A DNA stretch of 63,997 bases, filler included, from Diploschistes diacapsis (Eukaryota), in the NCBI GenBank assembly GCA_023645945.1. It is 4 parts of 4 records of this genome, joined end to end, with 100 filler letters (N's around TTAATTAATTAA, not from the genome) between each part and the next. Parts side by side here need not be neighbours in the genome. Positions count along the whole stretch, not along the records: positions 33,759 to 50,500 come from JALAIB010000487.1; positions 50,601 to 63,997 come from JALAIB010000663.1; 2 more parts are not named here. The stretch is one strand, 5' to 3'. The notes beneath the pieces are model-generated. The model was not told the DNA's origin. It did not search any database and saw only the letters and a list, made by a program, of their open reading frames with translations. Of this stretch, positions 46,335 through 59,364 are shown in pieces (position 1 is the first letter of the stretch; each line of letters opens with the position of its first letter). Both the position numbers and the translations under genes were made by a program.

Positions 46335-47772
46335 ATGTCTCTCGAAGCGGCAGCTCCTGCGATGTACTGATACTAGATAACGCTCTATGTCAAGCGGGCC
46401 CAAAGCTCATAATCTTAGGTTCATCGCTAGGTTTTCTCACTTGTGGTCCCAGCAAAACCCTCCTCCGCCCAATCGAGGCCCTCGAGTCTGCCCAAGGCGG
46501 TAGGTGGTGCCAGAGGATGCATTAGCAAGCAAGAGGTCAATGTCCAGCGGTAATTGAGCGGCGAAACGCAACTCACCCGGAGGTAGGACGACATGGCGCT
46601 GTACGTGTCGACGATCCTAGCTACAGGCACGGATATCCTGCGCAGAACCGGAAGACTCGTCGGAGACAAGAAAGTAGCCGTGACTTCCAAGGAAGTATAC
46701 GTCATCGAGCTGATAGCCACGGCATGCCGTCGCTCTTGAAACGGGCAGTGTTTCCATCATCCCTGCTATCCTAGGCTTGAGAGAGGCGAAACACTGGATA
46801 CCTCGAGAGGCTACGAGTTCGAATAGCGTGCCTACATACTTGGTCATTCTAGGAGCTGGAGCCATCAGCTACTCCGGCTTCGGTGCTTGGGTCAGTATGA
46901 TTAGCTCCGATGCGGAGATCCTGCCGACAGTCGACAAGGAAGCCGGTCACGTAGTTCGGGAGGCACTCGAGGCTCGAGGCATACGCTTCTTGCTACAAAC
47001 TACTTTCTCACCTACATCGAACAGCGGGAGGATACCAGTGTCTTAATCACCACGTCATCGGGACAAACGGTATCCGCATCCGAGCTCCTCGTCGCCCTCG
47101 GCAGAAAAGCCCAAACAGCCACCAGCGGTCTGGAGCATTTGGGCATCCCCCATCGACGGCAACCCCTGTAGACGTCGGCGAGTCTCTCCGCGCAAAAGCC
47201 GTCGCGGGCGGCTGGCTGTACGCCAGGGCGGACGTCAACGGCCGCTCGCCCCTGACACACATGTGCCGGTATCATGCCCGCATCGCTAATGCTGCCATCA
47301 TCCGGCAGGCTAAGGGCTCCTCATCTTCGTCAATCCCGGACCCGGATCAGAAGTAGACTCCATAGGGCGCCGTACCCGCCACCGCCAACCACCACGCCAT
47401 CCCACAGGTCATCTTCATGCAGCCCGCCATTGCCACGGTCGGGCTTGCGCGGGCCTCGACACAGCAGCAGAAGCGCGCCGTGCGCGTTTAGAGACACCAG
47501 CTGCAGCGATAGGGGCGCTGTTACTCAGCGATAGCTTCGGGCAGGAGCGGGCGCAGTGCATGACTGACAGGGAGTCGAACAGATTGCTGGGCATGACAGG
47601 GCTCATACATGCGGCTACGGTGGCGGTTGTGAGTGGAGTGAGGCCAAAAAGGCTCGCGCATGCGGTGCCGTGCTTTCCCACAAGGAGCGAGGTTTTCTTT
47701 AAATTTGTTGGAGGTGATGGGTTTGGTAGCCATTACTTCTTGGTTGTGGCAACTGTAAGAGATAGTATTTAA
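46335..47772 (+). pseudogene. Pseudogene of a class-I pyridine nucleotide-disulfide oxidoreductase (bacterial dihydrolipoamide-dehydrogenase-like type)
   Basis: Fragments in order across frameshifts and stops: CGPSKTLLRP, ARHAVALETGS, WIPREATSS..VPTYLVILGAG, ELLVALGR, GWLYARADVNGRSPLTHM, HAIPQVIFMQP, IHAATVAVV...LAHAVPCFPTRSEV. 5' boundary approximate. Confidence 0.85.
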
Positions 47773-49126
47773 GTTGTCGATGCTAAGTGGTTGAGTATGT
47801 GCGATGAATATCTCAAGCATCAGATGCGGTAGTACCGACGCTGCAGAGGTTGACACCTCAAATTGACTTCATTGAAGTCAGGAAGGAGCATGCCTCGACT
47901 AGGTGGCCTTGTTACGAACATACCATGCCGATTTGCAGCTTCTAGCTGCGAGGATTGAAACCTTGAATTTCCAAAGCGTTCTAGCCCCAACGTTGAAGAT
48001 ATTGGAATTGTCACAGCTCGCAACAATATAGCAGCCACCATAAACCTCCATGTTCGCTGCACTTTTAACTCCTGGGTCGATTAATCTTGGTTGGAAGCAA
48101 GTACTACTGGATCATTTATCGATTCGCAGATATCCGCTGGTTCATCCTCAGTAGCATCAACCGCACAGAAACCGCACAAAGCAAGCAAACACATCCATTC
48201 GCAGCCTCAAAACTTTTATGCATCTCTCCCCATCTCCTTTAATCCGCCCGCTTTTATTCCCTGTACTTCCCCTACCCACCCGCCACTACCAAAGAAAAGT
48301 ATGTACCTAGCTAGTTCCACCGAATCTAAAAGCTATAAATGCAGTTGGGTGGTGTGCTTGTATACCGATGTATAATACACGCAGACGTTCTCCCTGGTTG
48401 CAGACTTGACCCCTGTCTGGAACCGAAGGAGCTTCAACGGCTACACTAGCCTTTTTAGGTAGTATCGACCTACCTGATGCGGGCTAGGGGCTAGCGAGCC
48501 ATTCTCGATGTTTTTTATTTATGAAGCTGAATCATAGGCGTGTTTACCCAGTTTGTGATTTCGTACGCGTCCCTCCTCTAATAGGTTCATCGCTTGCGCA
48601 AGGAGCCTGTCATAGGCTGCCCCGGTAATTGTAGAGCAGAACCAGGCTTTTCAAAACGCTAGGACTTAGTTGAGGGACGTATGGGGTTGAAAGAAAGAAA
48701 ATTCGCAGTACTGTTACGAGACTTCGAACAGCTGGCACTTTATGTACAGATGCAGGCAGATTGGCCGAAGAGCAAATCACCGAGAGGAATGGAGAATTAG
48801 AGAATCTTTTGCAACTTATCACTGGCCCGAAAGACAGCCTTCCGTAGCACACTTTTAACCGCCGAGCCCAATCGAAGCGGCTTAGACCTTTTCACCCTCT
48901 TTTCGATCACAGTCCATTCTTTATCCAAGACGATCAGCAACTCCAAACCCAATGTAGAATGTCAGACAACGCGATGCTGCCCGAAGTGATGGCCCGAGCG
49001 CGTGTCCTGGCTGAGTCAGCGAGTTGATGTCATGCGACGCTGCACCGGGTATCTTAAGCTTGTGTTGCCCAAGCCGCATAGCATACTCAACGTACCACAC
49101 AACCTCCTCCGGACAACTTTGCGGCA

Positions 49127-50500
49127 ATGGCTGAGGAGCCCGCTGGAAACCTCAAGCCTCCTCCTCCAGAGGGCTCTCGGCAGTCAAGTCGAAGCCGAGA
49201 GGGTGCGGTGCAGGCACTGGATTTTGACAAGAACCGTAAGGGCCATCCACACTCCGAGGCTGCTTCAGGCACGTCGAGCCCGCACGGATTGCTGCGAGAT
49301 AGCGAAAGTCTGTTGAGCAACGTTGTCGACGGAATCATAGACAAGGATCGTGTGAGGATGCGGAGGCAGGTGCGGCGGTACCTGAGTTACGCGAGCGCGA
49401 TTCTAAGCTGGTGAGTTGCCTAGACCGCAGTGCGAGATGGACATTCGGGGCTGACGATAGCCGCCAGTCTCTGCGCCGGCTCGATAGCAATCTTCTCACT
49501 CTACGGCCATCTATTCCTAACGCGCCTCCACTACACCCAATACCAAGTCAACGCTATCTCTATAGCTGCCGAGCTCGCTCTCTACCTCCCTGTACCATTC
49601 TTTGGCTACCTTGTCGATCGCTACTCTCCACGACCCATCTCATTATTCGCTGCGATACTCTTCTGTTTTGGGTATGTCCTGGCAGGCTTCGTATACCGTG
49701 CAGGCCCACCTGCCGACAGTGGATATCCGGTGGGCGTTATGATGTTCGCTTTTGTTGCCATTGGCATGGCAACGTGCTCCATGTACCTCGCTGCGGTAAC
49801 AGCATGCGTGAAGAACTTTGGGCGCGGAAAACACAGAGGCCTGGCTCTTTCGCTACCTATCGCTTCTTTCTCCTTGAGCGGCATGTGGCAGAGCCAAGTA
49901 GGCAGCCAACTTTTCTTCGAGCGCAATGTAGACGGCAACAGAGGCGATGTAGACGTCTTTTCCTTTTTTCTTTTCCTCGGCTTCTCTTTACTAGCTGTGG
50001 GTCTTGTCGGCGCCATCGCCCAAGTCATCGTAGACGAAGAAGGCCTGATAGACGACAGCTACGAAGAGCTCGAGCGCAGTGGTCTTCTGAACGAAAGCTC
50101 CTTCTTCCGCGGCTCGACCTTACACGACGCCGAACTCCCCACCGAAGGTTATGGCACTATGAGCATTGGCAGCCTGGCCTCCGCGCGCCCCTCCTGGATG
50201 ATCGAAGAAGAGCGCCGCAAAACCTGGCTCCTGAACGGCGAAACCCGGCGCTTCCTCTCCGACCCAACCATGTGGCTCCTGGCCCTCGGCTTCTTCCTCA
50301 TTTCCGGCCCCGTGGAAACATACATCAACAACTTCGGCACCATCGTCGACACCCTCTACCCGCCCCCTTCCTCCGTCCCGCCGTCGATCTCGCCAGCAAA
50401 CCAAATCACCATCCTCGCCATCCTCTCCACAGCCTCCCGCTTCGCCGCCGGCTTCCTCTCCGACCTGCTCTCCCCCATCCCGCCCACAACATCCCAATAC
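49127..50500 (+). CDS. MCH1: MCH1-like MFS transporter, 3'-truncated by the gap
   Basis: AILS-LCAGSIAIFSLYG, ELALYLPVP, SMYLAAVTACVKNF, GPVETYINNFG, STASRFAAGFLSD; the frame runs into N. Confidence 0.88.
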
Positions 50501-50600
50501 NNNNNNNNNNNNNNNNNNNNNNNNNNNNNNNNNNNNNNNNNNNNTTAATTAATTAANNNNNNNNNNNNNNNNNNNNNNNNNNNNNNNNNNNNNNNNNNNN
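50501..50600. other. Assembly gap with artificial linker
   Basis: N-run / TTAATTAATTAA / N-run, 100 nt. Confidence 0.98.
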
Positions 50601-51135
50601 TTCCATGATCGTACGTGTAGAAAATTGATACAAAAACTAAAAGTTCGTAAAATCGAATGGGGGGTATCTGTTCGCTATAAGTGTCCGCTCGCTATACATA
50701 TACATTATCTAAAAATTAAAATATTATAATTACGTAAATCCGAAATCGCTATTTAGACGATAAAATAAATTGATAGATAAAACGATATTAGATATAATAA
50801 TCAGATATATTAAATATTAATAAACAGTATAAGATTTAAACACCCGGTATTTAAAAAATTGTTAAGACCAATTCAGTCAAGTTTAAAAAGACAAAACGTT
50901 TATTTTTCAAGTACTGAAATTATCTAAAAGCTAAAGAAAGGGCGATAACATAATATTCATCCGAAAGCCACCGGGACGTCCAACGAACGATCTAATGTTT
51001 AATATTAAAAAGATTAACGACGGGTTAATTACCCACGTTAAAGATATATTAATTACGCACGCCAAAAACGTATTAACGATAAAAGCAAAAGTTTAACTGA
51101 ACCATACTAAACCTTTATCATTTATTTCTACCGAG
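50601..51135 (+). mobile_element. AT-rich degenerate Ty1/copia pol fragment (post-integrase SH3-like region)
   Basis: Stop-riddled translations KYYNYVNPKSLFRR*NKLIDK, KQYKI*TPGI*KIVKTNSVKF and RKPPGRP resemble the fungal copia segment KCYSYVDPKSL..DKLMDR..KQYRLWAP..VKF. Confidence 0.65.
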
Positions 51136-51307
51136 TGTAACGACCAAAGGTGCGCCCTGGGATTCAGGTCCCCCTGCTGCCACAGCCACGCACCTACATA
51201 TAGTGTAATAGGGAAACAGTGCTTCGGGGTTCCTGAAAGCATTTGTGTTCAGTCTTTTGGCTCAGTGGGATAGTTGCTACCTATTAGGCACTACCCCCGC
51301 TGTTACA
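51136..51307. mobile_element. Possible solo LTR (172 bp)
   Basis: Bounded by inverted TGTAAC (51136) and GTTACA (51302-51307); no clean 4-5-bp target-site duplication. Confidence 0.4.
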
Positions 51308-52102
51308 GAGTAGCTAAGACGTGCTAAGGTGGATGGATACCTTGGATCTTAACATGCCAGTTTCGCGTATTATATAGTTTTTCGCCTGTTTTCGCCGCCA
51401 AAAGCTTTTCATGATGAGAACGGAATATACATTAAAAAATTTAAGTTATAATTTTAATTTCATAAAGTAGGATTACTAATACTTCTTATTTTACTTTGAC
51501 TTGCTTAATTTCGGTATCTAGTAGCCTACAAAACACCCAGCAAAAGCATTCCTTTGGGTACGTCACCAATATCAAAAAGTCTGTATCCTAGGAATTTCAC
51601 GCCTCGATCTTTAATTGCCCAACAGAAACCGGGTCCCTCCGGCAAAAGGCGGCCATCAAAGCTGAGGGTTGTAAAGCTTGCATCAGCCTGTTACTCTTGG
51701 GAAACCCATCCCTTTTTAGGACTGTAGACTTGTTCTCGCATATCATGGGTACAGTAATGGCTGCTACAATGCAAGGAGCTGGAGTGGTGTACCGTCGGGT
51801 ACCTCTGTTGGAAGCTCACTGGTAGAAACCTAGGAAACCACATTGCAGTGTGACACAAGAAGGCTACCTTGTCTCTTCAGGAACAACACTTTTGCTTCGA
51901 TCTTCGATGTTTGCTGAATATTGCTTTCTCTTATCTTGCACGAACTTTGCTCAGCTCAAGTTCTTTATTTAGTTTTCTAAGAGATAAGTCATGAACATTA
52001 ATCTTGGCTCTTGGTTCTTGTTGTCTTTCTGTTCTCCATCCTTTGATTGTCATCGTCACTTACTATGTATGATCTTGTTTAAGCTCTGGAGTACGTTTCA
52101 GG

Positions 52103-54268
52103 ATGTTGCAGTTTCTGCTACTATGTGGCTTTGGGATTATGCTTGGTAGACAAGCCGGTAATGTTACTTAGCCATTCTGCGTTTGAGTTCAAACATGTTG
52201 ACTGAGTAGTTTCTGTTTTCGGCGAGCCAGTGCGATTTCCTAATTTGCCTCAATTCCTTACGAGCCCAGGCACAGTAAGTCTGGCCTATCTTGGTGATCA
52301 TCGTTGCTGATCCCAATCAAAGTCAATTCGTGCTGGCGTTCCATGGGGTAATGTTTCTGGAGGTGGAGATCCTCCAAACACTGGAATCATCAGGTCATAC
52401 AAGTTCGGGATTCGCAGAGATTTCCATTTCGTGAATGGTAAAAACCGGAGCATGATATTGATCAACAACCAGTACCCTGGACCTCTTGTTGAAGCTAATT
52501 GGGGAGATACCATTCAAGTGACTGTTGAAAACAATATTGAAGATGTACCAGAAGGTGTCTCAATCCATTGGCATGGACAACCTCAGAGAGTATCGCCATG
52601 GTTCGACGGCGTGCCTTCAGTCTCACAATGTCCGATCGCACCAGGAAGTACCTTCACATATAGCTTCACAGCAGAAGCCTACGGCACAAGCTGGTATCAT
52701 TCGCATGTTAGTGCTCAGTATATTGATGGGCTTTTCGGACCTCTTGTTGTCTATGGGTATGCAATGTCCTTCCCGATTTTGGATTTTAACTGACCAATAT
52801 GTGAGACCATCAAATGTACATTATGACATAGATCTTGGGCCGTTGCTTTTGATAAGTCAAACCGTAAACTAGCACATTATCTTCTAACAATTACAGACTG
52901 ACTTCACTGAAACGCCCTACTGGCAATGGATCCGTGCTGTTTACGATAAACCACCCGACTTCCTTCCATTGGATAGCAATCTGATAAACGGCAGAAACGG
53001 ATATAACTGCACGCAGTTACCTCCATCCTCAACTTTATTAGCATGTGATGACCAAGGGGGAATCTCTGAATTTATCTTTTCTCCAGGAATGGTTCACCGG
53101 CTACGGCTAATCAATGCTGGTGGCACAGATAACCAGAAGTTTACTATAGACGAACATGAAATGACTGTCATCGCTAATGACTACGTTTCTGTCGTACCTT
53201 ACACCACTAGTGTAGTCACACTGGGTGTTGGTCAAAGAACAGACGTCCTGGTCAAGGCCACAGGAAATCCAGGTAATAAAGTATGGATGCGCGCTGATCT
53301 TGACCTAAACCCCTCATGCGGCTCTACTGTTACTTATCAGTCTCATGCACTTGCGGTCGTTTCGTATTCCAATTCTTCTAATAATAGCGTACCAACCTCG
53401 ATTGCAACTAAGTAAGAGAGCAACAGTTGCTTGAATGTATAAAGAGCCCCTTCGATTTTATTGGTCTATTTAACTCTGTTATATAGGACCCATTAACACA
53501 AACCGTACCCTTTTATTCAGAATCGCCGCCCCTTCGCTCCACGGCTACTGTAACCTACGATATAACAGCAGGTCTGAATGAAACTGGTTTCCTCGTGTAT
53601 TTTCGTAAACAATTCGAGCTTTAGAGCTGATTACAAGTAAATCACTATTTCTCATTTGGTTATCATCAGTACTAAAATTCTGATAGTAACCCACTCTTAC
53701 TGCTTACGAACCTAGGTAATACGTCTTATCCCCAAAATTCTGAATGGAATGTCTACGACTTTCATCAGAACAGGTCAATTCGAGCTATCATTCGCAATTA
53801 CTCTCCTTTTGCCCATCCAATGCATCTTCATGGACATAATTTTTGGGTGTTGGCCGAAGGCATTGGAGAATGGGACGGTATCATAACCAATCCGACCAAC
53901 CCACAACGCCGCGATACGCATATACTAGGTGCTGGAACCACGGAAATACCAACATATGCAGTCTTTGAATGGATGACTGACAATCCTGGTGTCTGGGTAA
54001 GCGAATTGCAGAGAACGCCATAATTGCTAATTGCCTGCAGCCCCTTCATTGCCACGTAGTTATTCACGTGAGCGCGGGTCTTTATATCAACAGCTTAGTA
54101 TGTGCATGATTAGCATACGACCCGACGATTTGGGTGCTTACCATCTGCTAGGAACGGCCGGATCTTATCAGAGAATACCAGATGCCGTCCTTTATGGCGC
54201 AAACATGTCGGGATTGGGCTATCTGGAGTGGACAGAATGATGTAGATCAAATAGACTCGGGTCTGTGA
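52103..54268 (+). pseudogene. Laccase-like multicopper oxidase (AA1), apparently disrupted
   Basis: Signal peptide; Cu motifs HWHG, WYHSH, HPMHLHGH, HCHVVIHVSAGL; C-terminal DSGL. Lesions: ATAAGT donor at 52852, in-frame TAA 53413-53415, +1 shift at 53600-53604. Confidence 0.8.
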
Positions 54269-54959
54269 AAGTCGGATCGTTCCTAAGCGAAGCGCACTCC
54301 GCATGGCCTTTCCTAGCTGTAATGGAGTATGAGTGACCTGACCTCGGCTAAATTAGGTTATGAGATTCCTTTATAGACTGCATCTGTTCGTCAAATGAAG
54401 ATGGTAAGAGTAGAACCATAACAAGTGTATTGCGGAGTTAATTAGAACCTTGTGAACTTGATGTGTAAATCCATGGGGTACGGACTGTTTCTCGTCTTCG
54501 AAACTCCAATGTTTCCGCTATAAAACTGTCGACCTCAATATTATGATATATATGATCGGACAAGTGTCTTGAGTTCGTTTTTACGCTTCCTATACAACAA
54601 GTTCTATCTCCGCGTTGCCGGTTCCAGAGCGGTGGCCAGATAATTCAATATCTACAGCGAAGAGCGGAGGATGCCTCAACGCAGGCTGGAGAGACACTTC
54701 AAATTCCCCACAAGAGCTCGACCATCAGGCAAAAAGTGCTTTATGCACCTCCCCTTTAGTTATCCGGCGCCAAGGGCTACATACTTGCAGGCCTGGTGCG
54801 TGTCTGTCCAATCGGGCACGAACCGTGAGGAGCACCCGGCAAGAAAAGTTAGTAGCGAAGGAGAAGAGGAAGGAGGGAGATAAAGACGACGACGGCACCA
54901 ACGATTACGAAGAGCAATGTTCCTACTACTCCAGGAGCTTCCACGGACGGTCATCACGG

Positions 54960-56500
54960 CCTAGAAGAAGCCGTCGCCTCTTGCAAGTTGTCCCGGTCTT
55001 CCTTACTCGCTGTTCTACGTTTCGCACGGCCATCTCGAACGGGGTAACCATCCATTCTGTATTCGGAGAACAAGCTCACCGTGTGCCGAACGCATGCTTG
55101 GGCCCCGAAGCCCCTGCAACACCTGAACGAGGAAATAAGCACTCGCGCTGCTCTGTTTTATTGAGATACGCTTCAACCAGTGTTCTTGTACGTACGGACA
55201 CGCTGCTTACATTGATGATAATCCTCTCCTTGAGCCCTGCCATGAGCTCTGCAAGACCTTACAGCTTCACGACCGGCCCTATGCTTCCACCGCAGCGGAG
55301 GTTTGAGCCAGTTTACAGAGAATGGCGGGACCTGGTCGAGTCTATCCGCGAGTATGTTCCGAACAACCAGCTGTGCTTGTCTTTAGTGTGCGATACCCGG
55401 GACTCAGATGTGGCCGAGGCTGTCTTAGACCCTCTATATCGGTTCCCCTATTCTCGAAGACATCTCGATTCGTCTTGCCGAGCGGCCGAACTGGGGGCTC
55501 CATATGATGGCAAGAAGAGCAGCAATTATAACAATGGATCCAGCGCTATATCCTCCGCCTCTTCCATCCCCTCTGCCTTCTTCGGTTATTTCACCTCCCC
55601 TATCTCCATCATCTCCTTCAGCTCTCCATCTCATCCAAGTCTATTTGATGCTTTGCCACAGGAATACGTTTTGGAAGCGGCTATCGCAATACGAGAGGCG
55701 AAGAGGGAAAAACAGAAGCAGATGCCGCAGTGCCTCCCGGAAGAGATCTCGAAAGAATCCTTTTCCCACTCCTCCCTTATCGTGCCTCTCGATCTAGCAT
55801 CCACCCTCCTCCTGCAGCTGCCTGCGCTTCTACACCGCTTATTCCTCAACCTGCAGCTGCTGAACCCTCCCGCTCCCTCTCTCTCTCGCCTCCCGGACCT
55901 TCAACCGAATTTCCACTGCCCTTTTCTTTTCTTCTCCCTCAACACCTTCCACATCCTCCTTCACTCCGTCACCACAACACTCTGCCTTCCCGACCGCTTC
56001 TCCTAATTTTGCTGGAAGGGCGAACCCGGCCCACTATCTCCCCCGCGGGACAACGAACCTGACGGACTTCTTCACCCACATCCCGCCCCAAACCCTGCCT
56101 TCGCTGCGGCGCATCACCGTCGCCCATCCCCGACATCGAGGCACTGAATTTCCTTACCCACCAACGCTACCAGGGTCGCGTAGGACAGGTGGCGCCCAGC
56201 CTTCGCGCTGCTGGCCGCACACACACCGCCCGACAGAATCACGTTTATTTGGACGACGGTAACCATGAGCACGAGTGCGTGTCTGCTCTTGCCCTCTCTT
56301 CTTCCTTCAAGAAAGGAAAGGAGGAGATGGAAGTGGTGAGGGAAAGGGTGGTGCTAAAGGAGAGGTACGGCGCTTATGCAAGGGGCAAGGCAATGAAGGG
56401 CCGGAGGAGGGTGTGGGAAGACGGATATAGCTGGGAGGAGCCTGATAGATAGAGGGTGTGGGTGGCCAGACGAGAGGGCTGGTACGCGGGTTGGCGATGA
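54960..56500 (+). pseudogene. Degenerate member of a fungal F-box-like hypothetical family
   Basis: QLCLSLVCDTRDSDVAEAVLDPL and F-box-like LPEEI; in another frame CSCLRFYTAYSSTCSC*TLP; several frame changes are needed. Boundaries approximate. Confidence 0.45.
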
Positions 56501-58387
56501 AGGCGGAGGGTTTTAATGCGGAGAACAGCAGGAAAGAAAGGTGAGCAATGGTATCATGTTGTTGGGATGCGGTAGGTGCTAGTCACCGTCGACATTCCGT
56601 AATCAACTTGGACAGAGGAAACGGGATGAGAGAAAAAGGAGGTATAGGAGCAACAGGTAAAAGAATATGGCAAAGAAAGAAGTGGGGGAAACAGGTAGAC
56701 CAGAAAGAAATAATGGTGTAGAAAGAAAGGGGACAATGCATCTGGCACAAGCTCCCGAATCATACTTTATTCCACATTGCCACGTAAAACAAGCAAGTAT
56801 CAGAGCTTGCATCGCAACGGCAAGGCGTCGAGGAACCACCCAAGCGAAGTTGACGCTGGAGGAAATAAGCACCCCCACATAGAGGCAAGCAACTGCTTCT
56901 CTCCAAACAGGGCAAAACCTTCAGTTGATATTCGGTGTTGCGGTTTCCAACTCCTGCTTGTTTTTCAGCACACGTCCGGACTGCCCCACCTAGCTTCAAC
57001 CGAAACGTCGATGGGCGTTTTGGGCAACAGTGTTAGAATCTCGCTCGTTAGCATCGTCAACAAAAAGGCAGCTGAAGCATCTCCCGCCCGCACCACTTGG
57101 ACAAGGGCACAGGCCATAAAAGCAGCCCCTTGGACCGAAGGATCGATACAGGAGTGGAGCCAACATGCAAGAACTGAAAGCTGTACAGCAAGCGAAGGAA
57201 CCGGTCCTGCAGGCTCAACCAATATCTTGGAAAAAAAAAAATCGGCTTTGCTACCGCGATTAAACCCACTTGTAAATATGTGGGCCTCCAAAACGCCGCA
57301 CTTTGAGCTTGGACGTTCAGGGCATTGCATTTGGGAGCTTCGAAAACAGTCGCCGATAACCCGCACCTCGCATGAGCACCGTGAACTTCCGTCAAACGCC
57401 CGCGTCACTTCGGAAACGAAGAAGCCAAAGCCGGGAAAAAGCATAACAGGATGACCGGAAAGAATGCAAGTGGCGGGGCGGGGTGCGGCCAGCCAAGAGC
57501 TTTGGTGCTGGCCTGTGACAATTATTACATGGGCACGGTGGAAACGACTGGGCCTAACAACTGGTTCGAGTATAAACCTCCCCCCACACTCTTCTCTTTC
57601 CCAGCAGAAAATTCAAACAAGGAGAAAGCGAGGACAAGGAAGGAAGCAAAGAATAGTAGGCAGCGGACGATCAGACTAAAAAGGCTCGGAACTAAGAATT
57701 CAAAGTAGTGTGGTTTGACAAACAGACAGCAACCGGGACTTTGGGAGTGTCCTTGCTCGCTCATATCTGGATTGCCGTCATGCACTACATATCGTGCACT
57801 GTACCTCGTCCACAAAACGTCACCTGTCCAGTGCACTGCCGCTGTTATCTGAGCGTGATTGTTTGGATGGAGGGTGCCTGACTTTGAGATGAGGAATATG
57901 GGATGCAGGGTATAAGATACAATAGAGGTGGCCAGGGCTTGAATGGAAGAGTAAATAAAGGGCAGAGCAGAGCACAAGGTTGGGCTCAGTGCCAGCTGGG
58001 GGTCAATGAGAAGAAGTAAGAGTTTGGGTTTTTTTTCTGAGAGGGAGGAAGAGAGGAAGGGGAAAGAGGAAATATGAGGGAATGCAAGATAAGAGCGGGT
58101 CTAGTTGCAAAGAGACTCGCTCACTTCGATTCGCCATACATCCCTATGCACAGTATCCCAAGTAGCACGCACCACGCACCACGCCTTGCTGCAACCGTGG
58201 CCCACCAACCAGTACTCCTCAACTCTCCGCTTCGCTCTCCCACCCACTCCATACCAACCTCAAATAAGGATACGGTTGTTCACGCAGAACCATCTTCAAC
58301 CACCCAACATCTCCCCCTTTTCCGTACCAGCCAGCCACCTTTCCCACCTCTTCCACTCACTCTCAAGCCCCTCTTTTCTTCCATGAG

Positions 58388-59364
58388 CTAGTCTACCTGC
58401 TTTTGCATATAAGCATAGGCCCAATAGGCTATCGCTCCGCCGACCAGTATCGCGGCGTAAAGACCGACACCGAGACCCGTGCTGCCGCCGGAGCTGCCCG
58501 CGCCCGACGATTGAGGTTTGGGGGTGGAGGATGAGGATGAGGGGGAGGGATCGCCGGGCTGTAGAGGAGTAAGCGAGGTGAACGAGTGACAGTAAACTGA
58601 CGGTAAGACCAAAAGGGCGAGAAGAGAGTAAGCTTAGATTGGACATATTGTAGAGAAGGCATGGCCGCAGGTTTGATGATAGACGTGGCGTGAATGGGTA
58701 GGAGAGATAAGGGGCAAGCGAAGAGTATGAAAATGGAGAAATCGGCGAATGAGGAAAGGGCATAGGAAGCAGATGTGTACCTGTCTCTTTAGCTTCCCAA
58801 CAAGCAACCCGTTAAGAATCTCCCGGGCCTCGTCCGAGTGTCCGACGTCCTCAAAGGCATCGGTTGCGTCTTCACCTGCTACGTCCATGAGGACTTCTTC
58901 GCCGCCCCTACCATATTGAAACTTCGAGTCAGCAATCTCCGCTTGGTCAGGAGGTTTAGAAGGTATTTGTAAGGCGGTGACAGGACATTGAGCGGCTTTG
59001 GAGGATATGAATGTCGGGTAGAGAAGTGGAGGTGAGTGGCAAACGTGATAGGAAAAAGTAGGCGTACGGATGTTCATCGACGAAGGTGCTGGCGTTGTAG
59101 ACCTTGTCGTGGACGACGACGTAGATGTTCTATTGCACGTCCATGTTAGCCTGAGTCGGTCATCTGCATGCTCCAGCGGTACCGATTCAAGGCGTATAGG
59201 TTGACATGAGGGCCATATTGCAATGCTCTAAACATAACATAACAGCTCCCCCAACAATTGGGCAATGTGATACCGCTAAGATTCTGCGTGTGGAGGGAGG
59301 AAAGTACCTTCCTCTCCTTATGCTCCGCAACATCCGCGTATGTAAACTCCTTGTCGTCTGCCAT
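58388..59364 (-). CDS. CYB5: Cytochrome b5, 4 exons
   Basis: [48 protein letters not shown]-terminal TM anchor. Confidence 0.96.

Noticed and set aside
51150..51180. tRNA T-arm-like sequence GGGATTCAGGTCCC
   Set aside because: No cloverleaf could be folded; no tRNA, rRNA or CRISPR array was recognised anywhere in the window.
56777..57454. 225-aa ORF and overlapping antisense ORFs
   Set aside because: No recognisable motifs and competing frames on both strands; cannot be supported as a gene.
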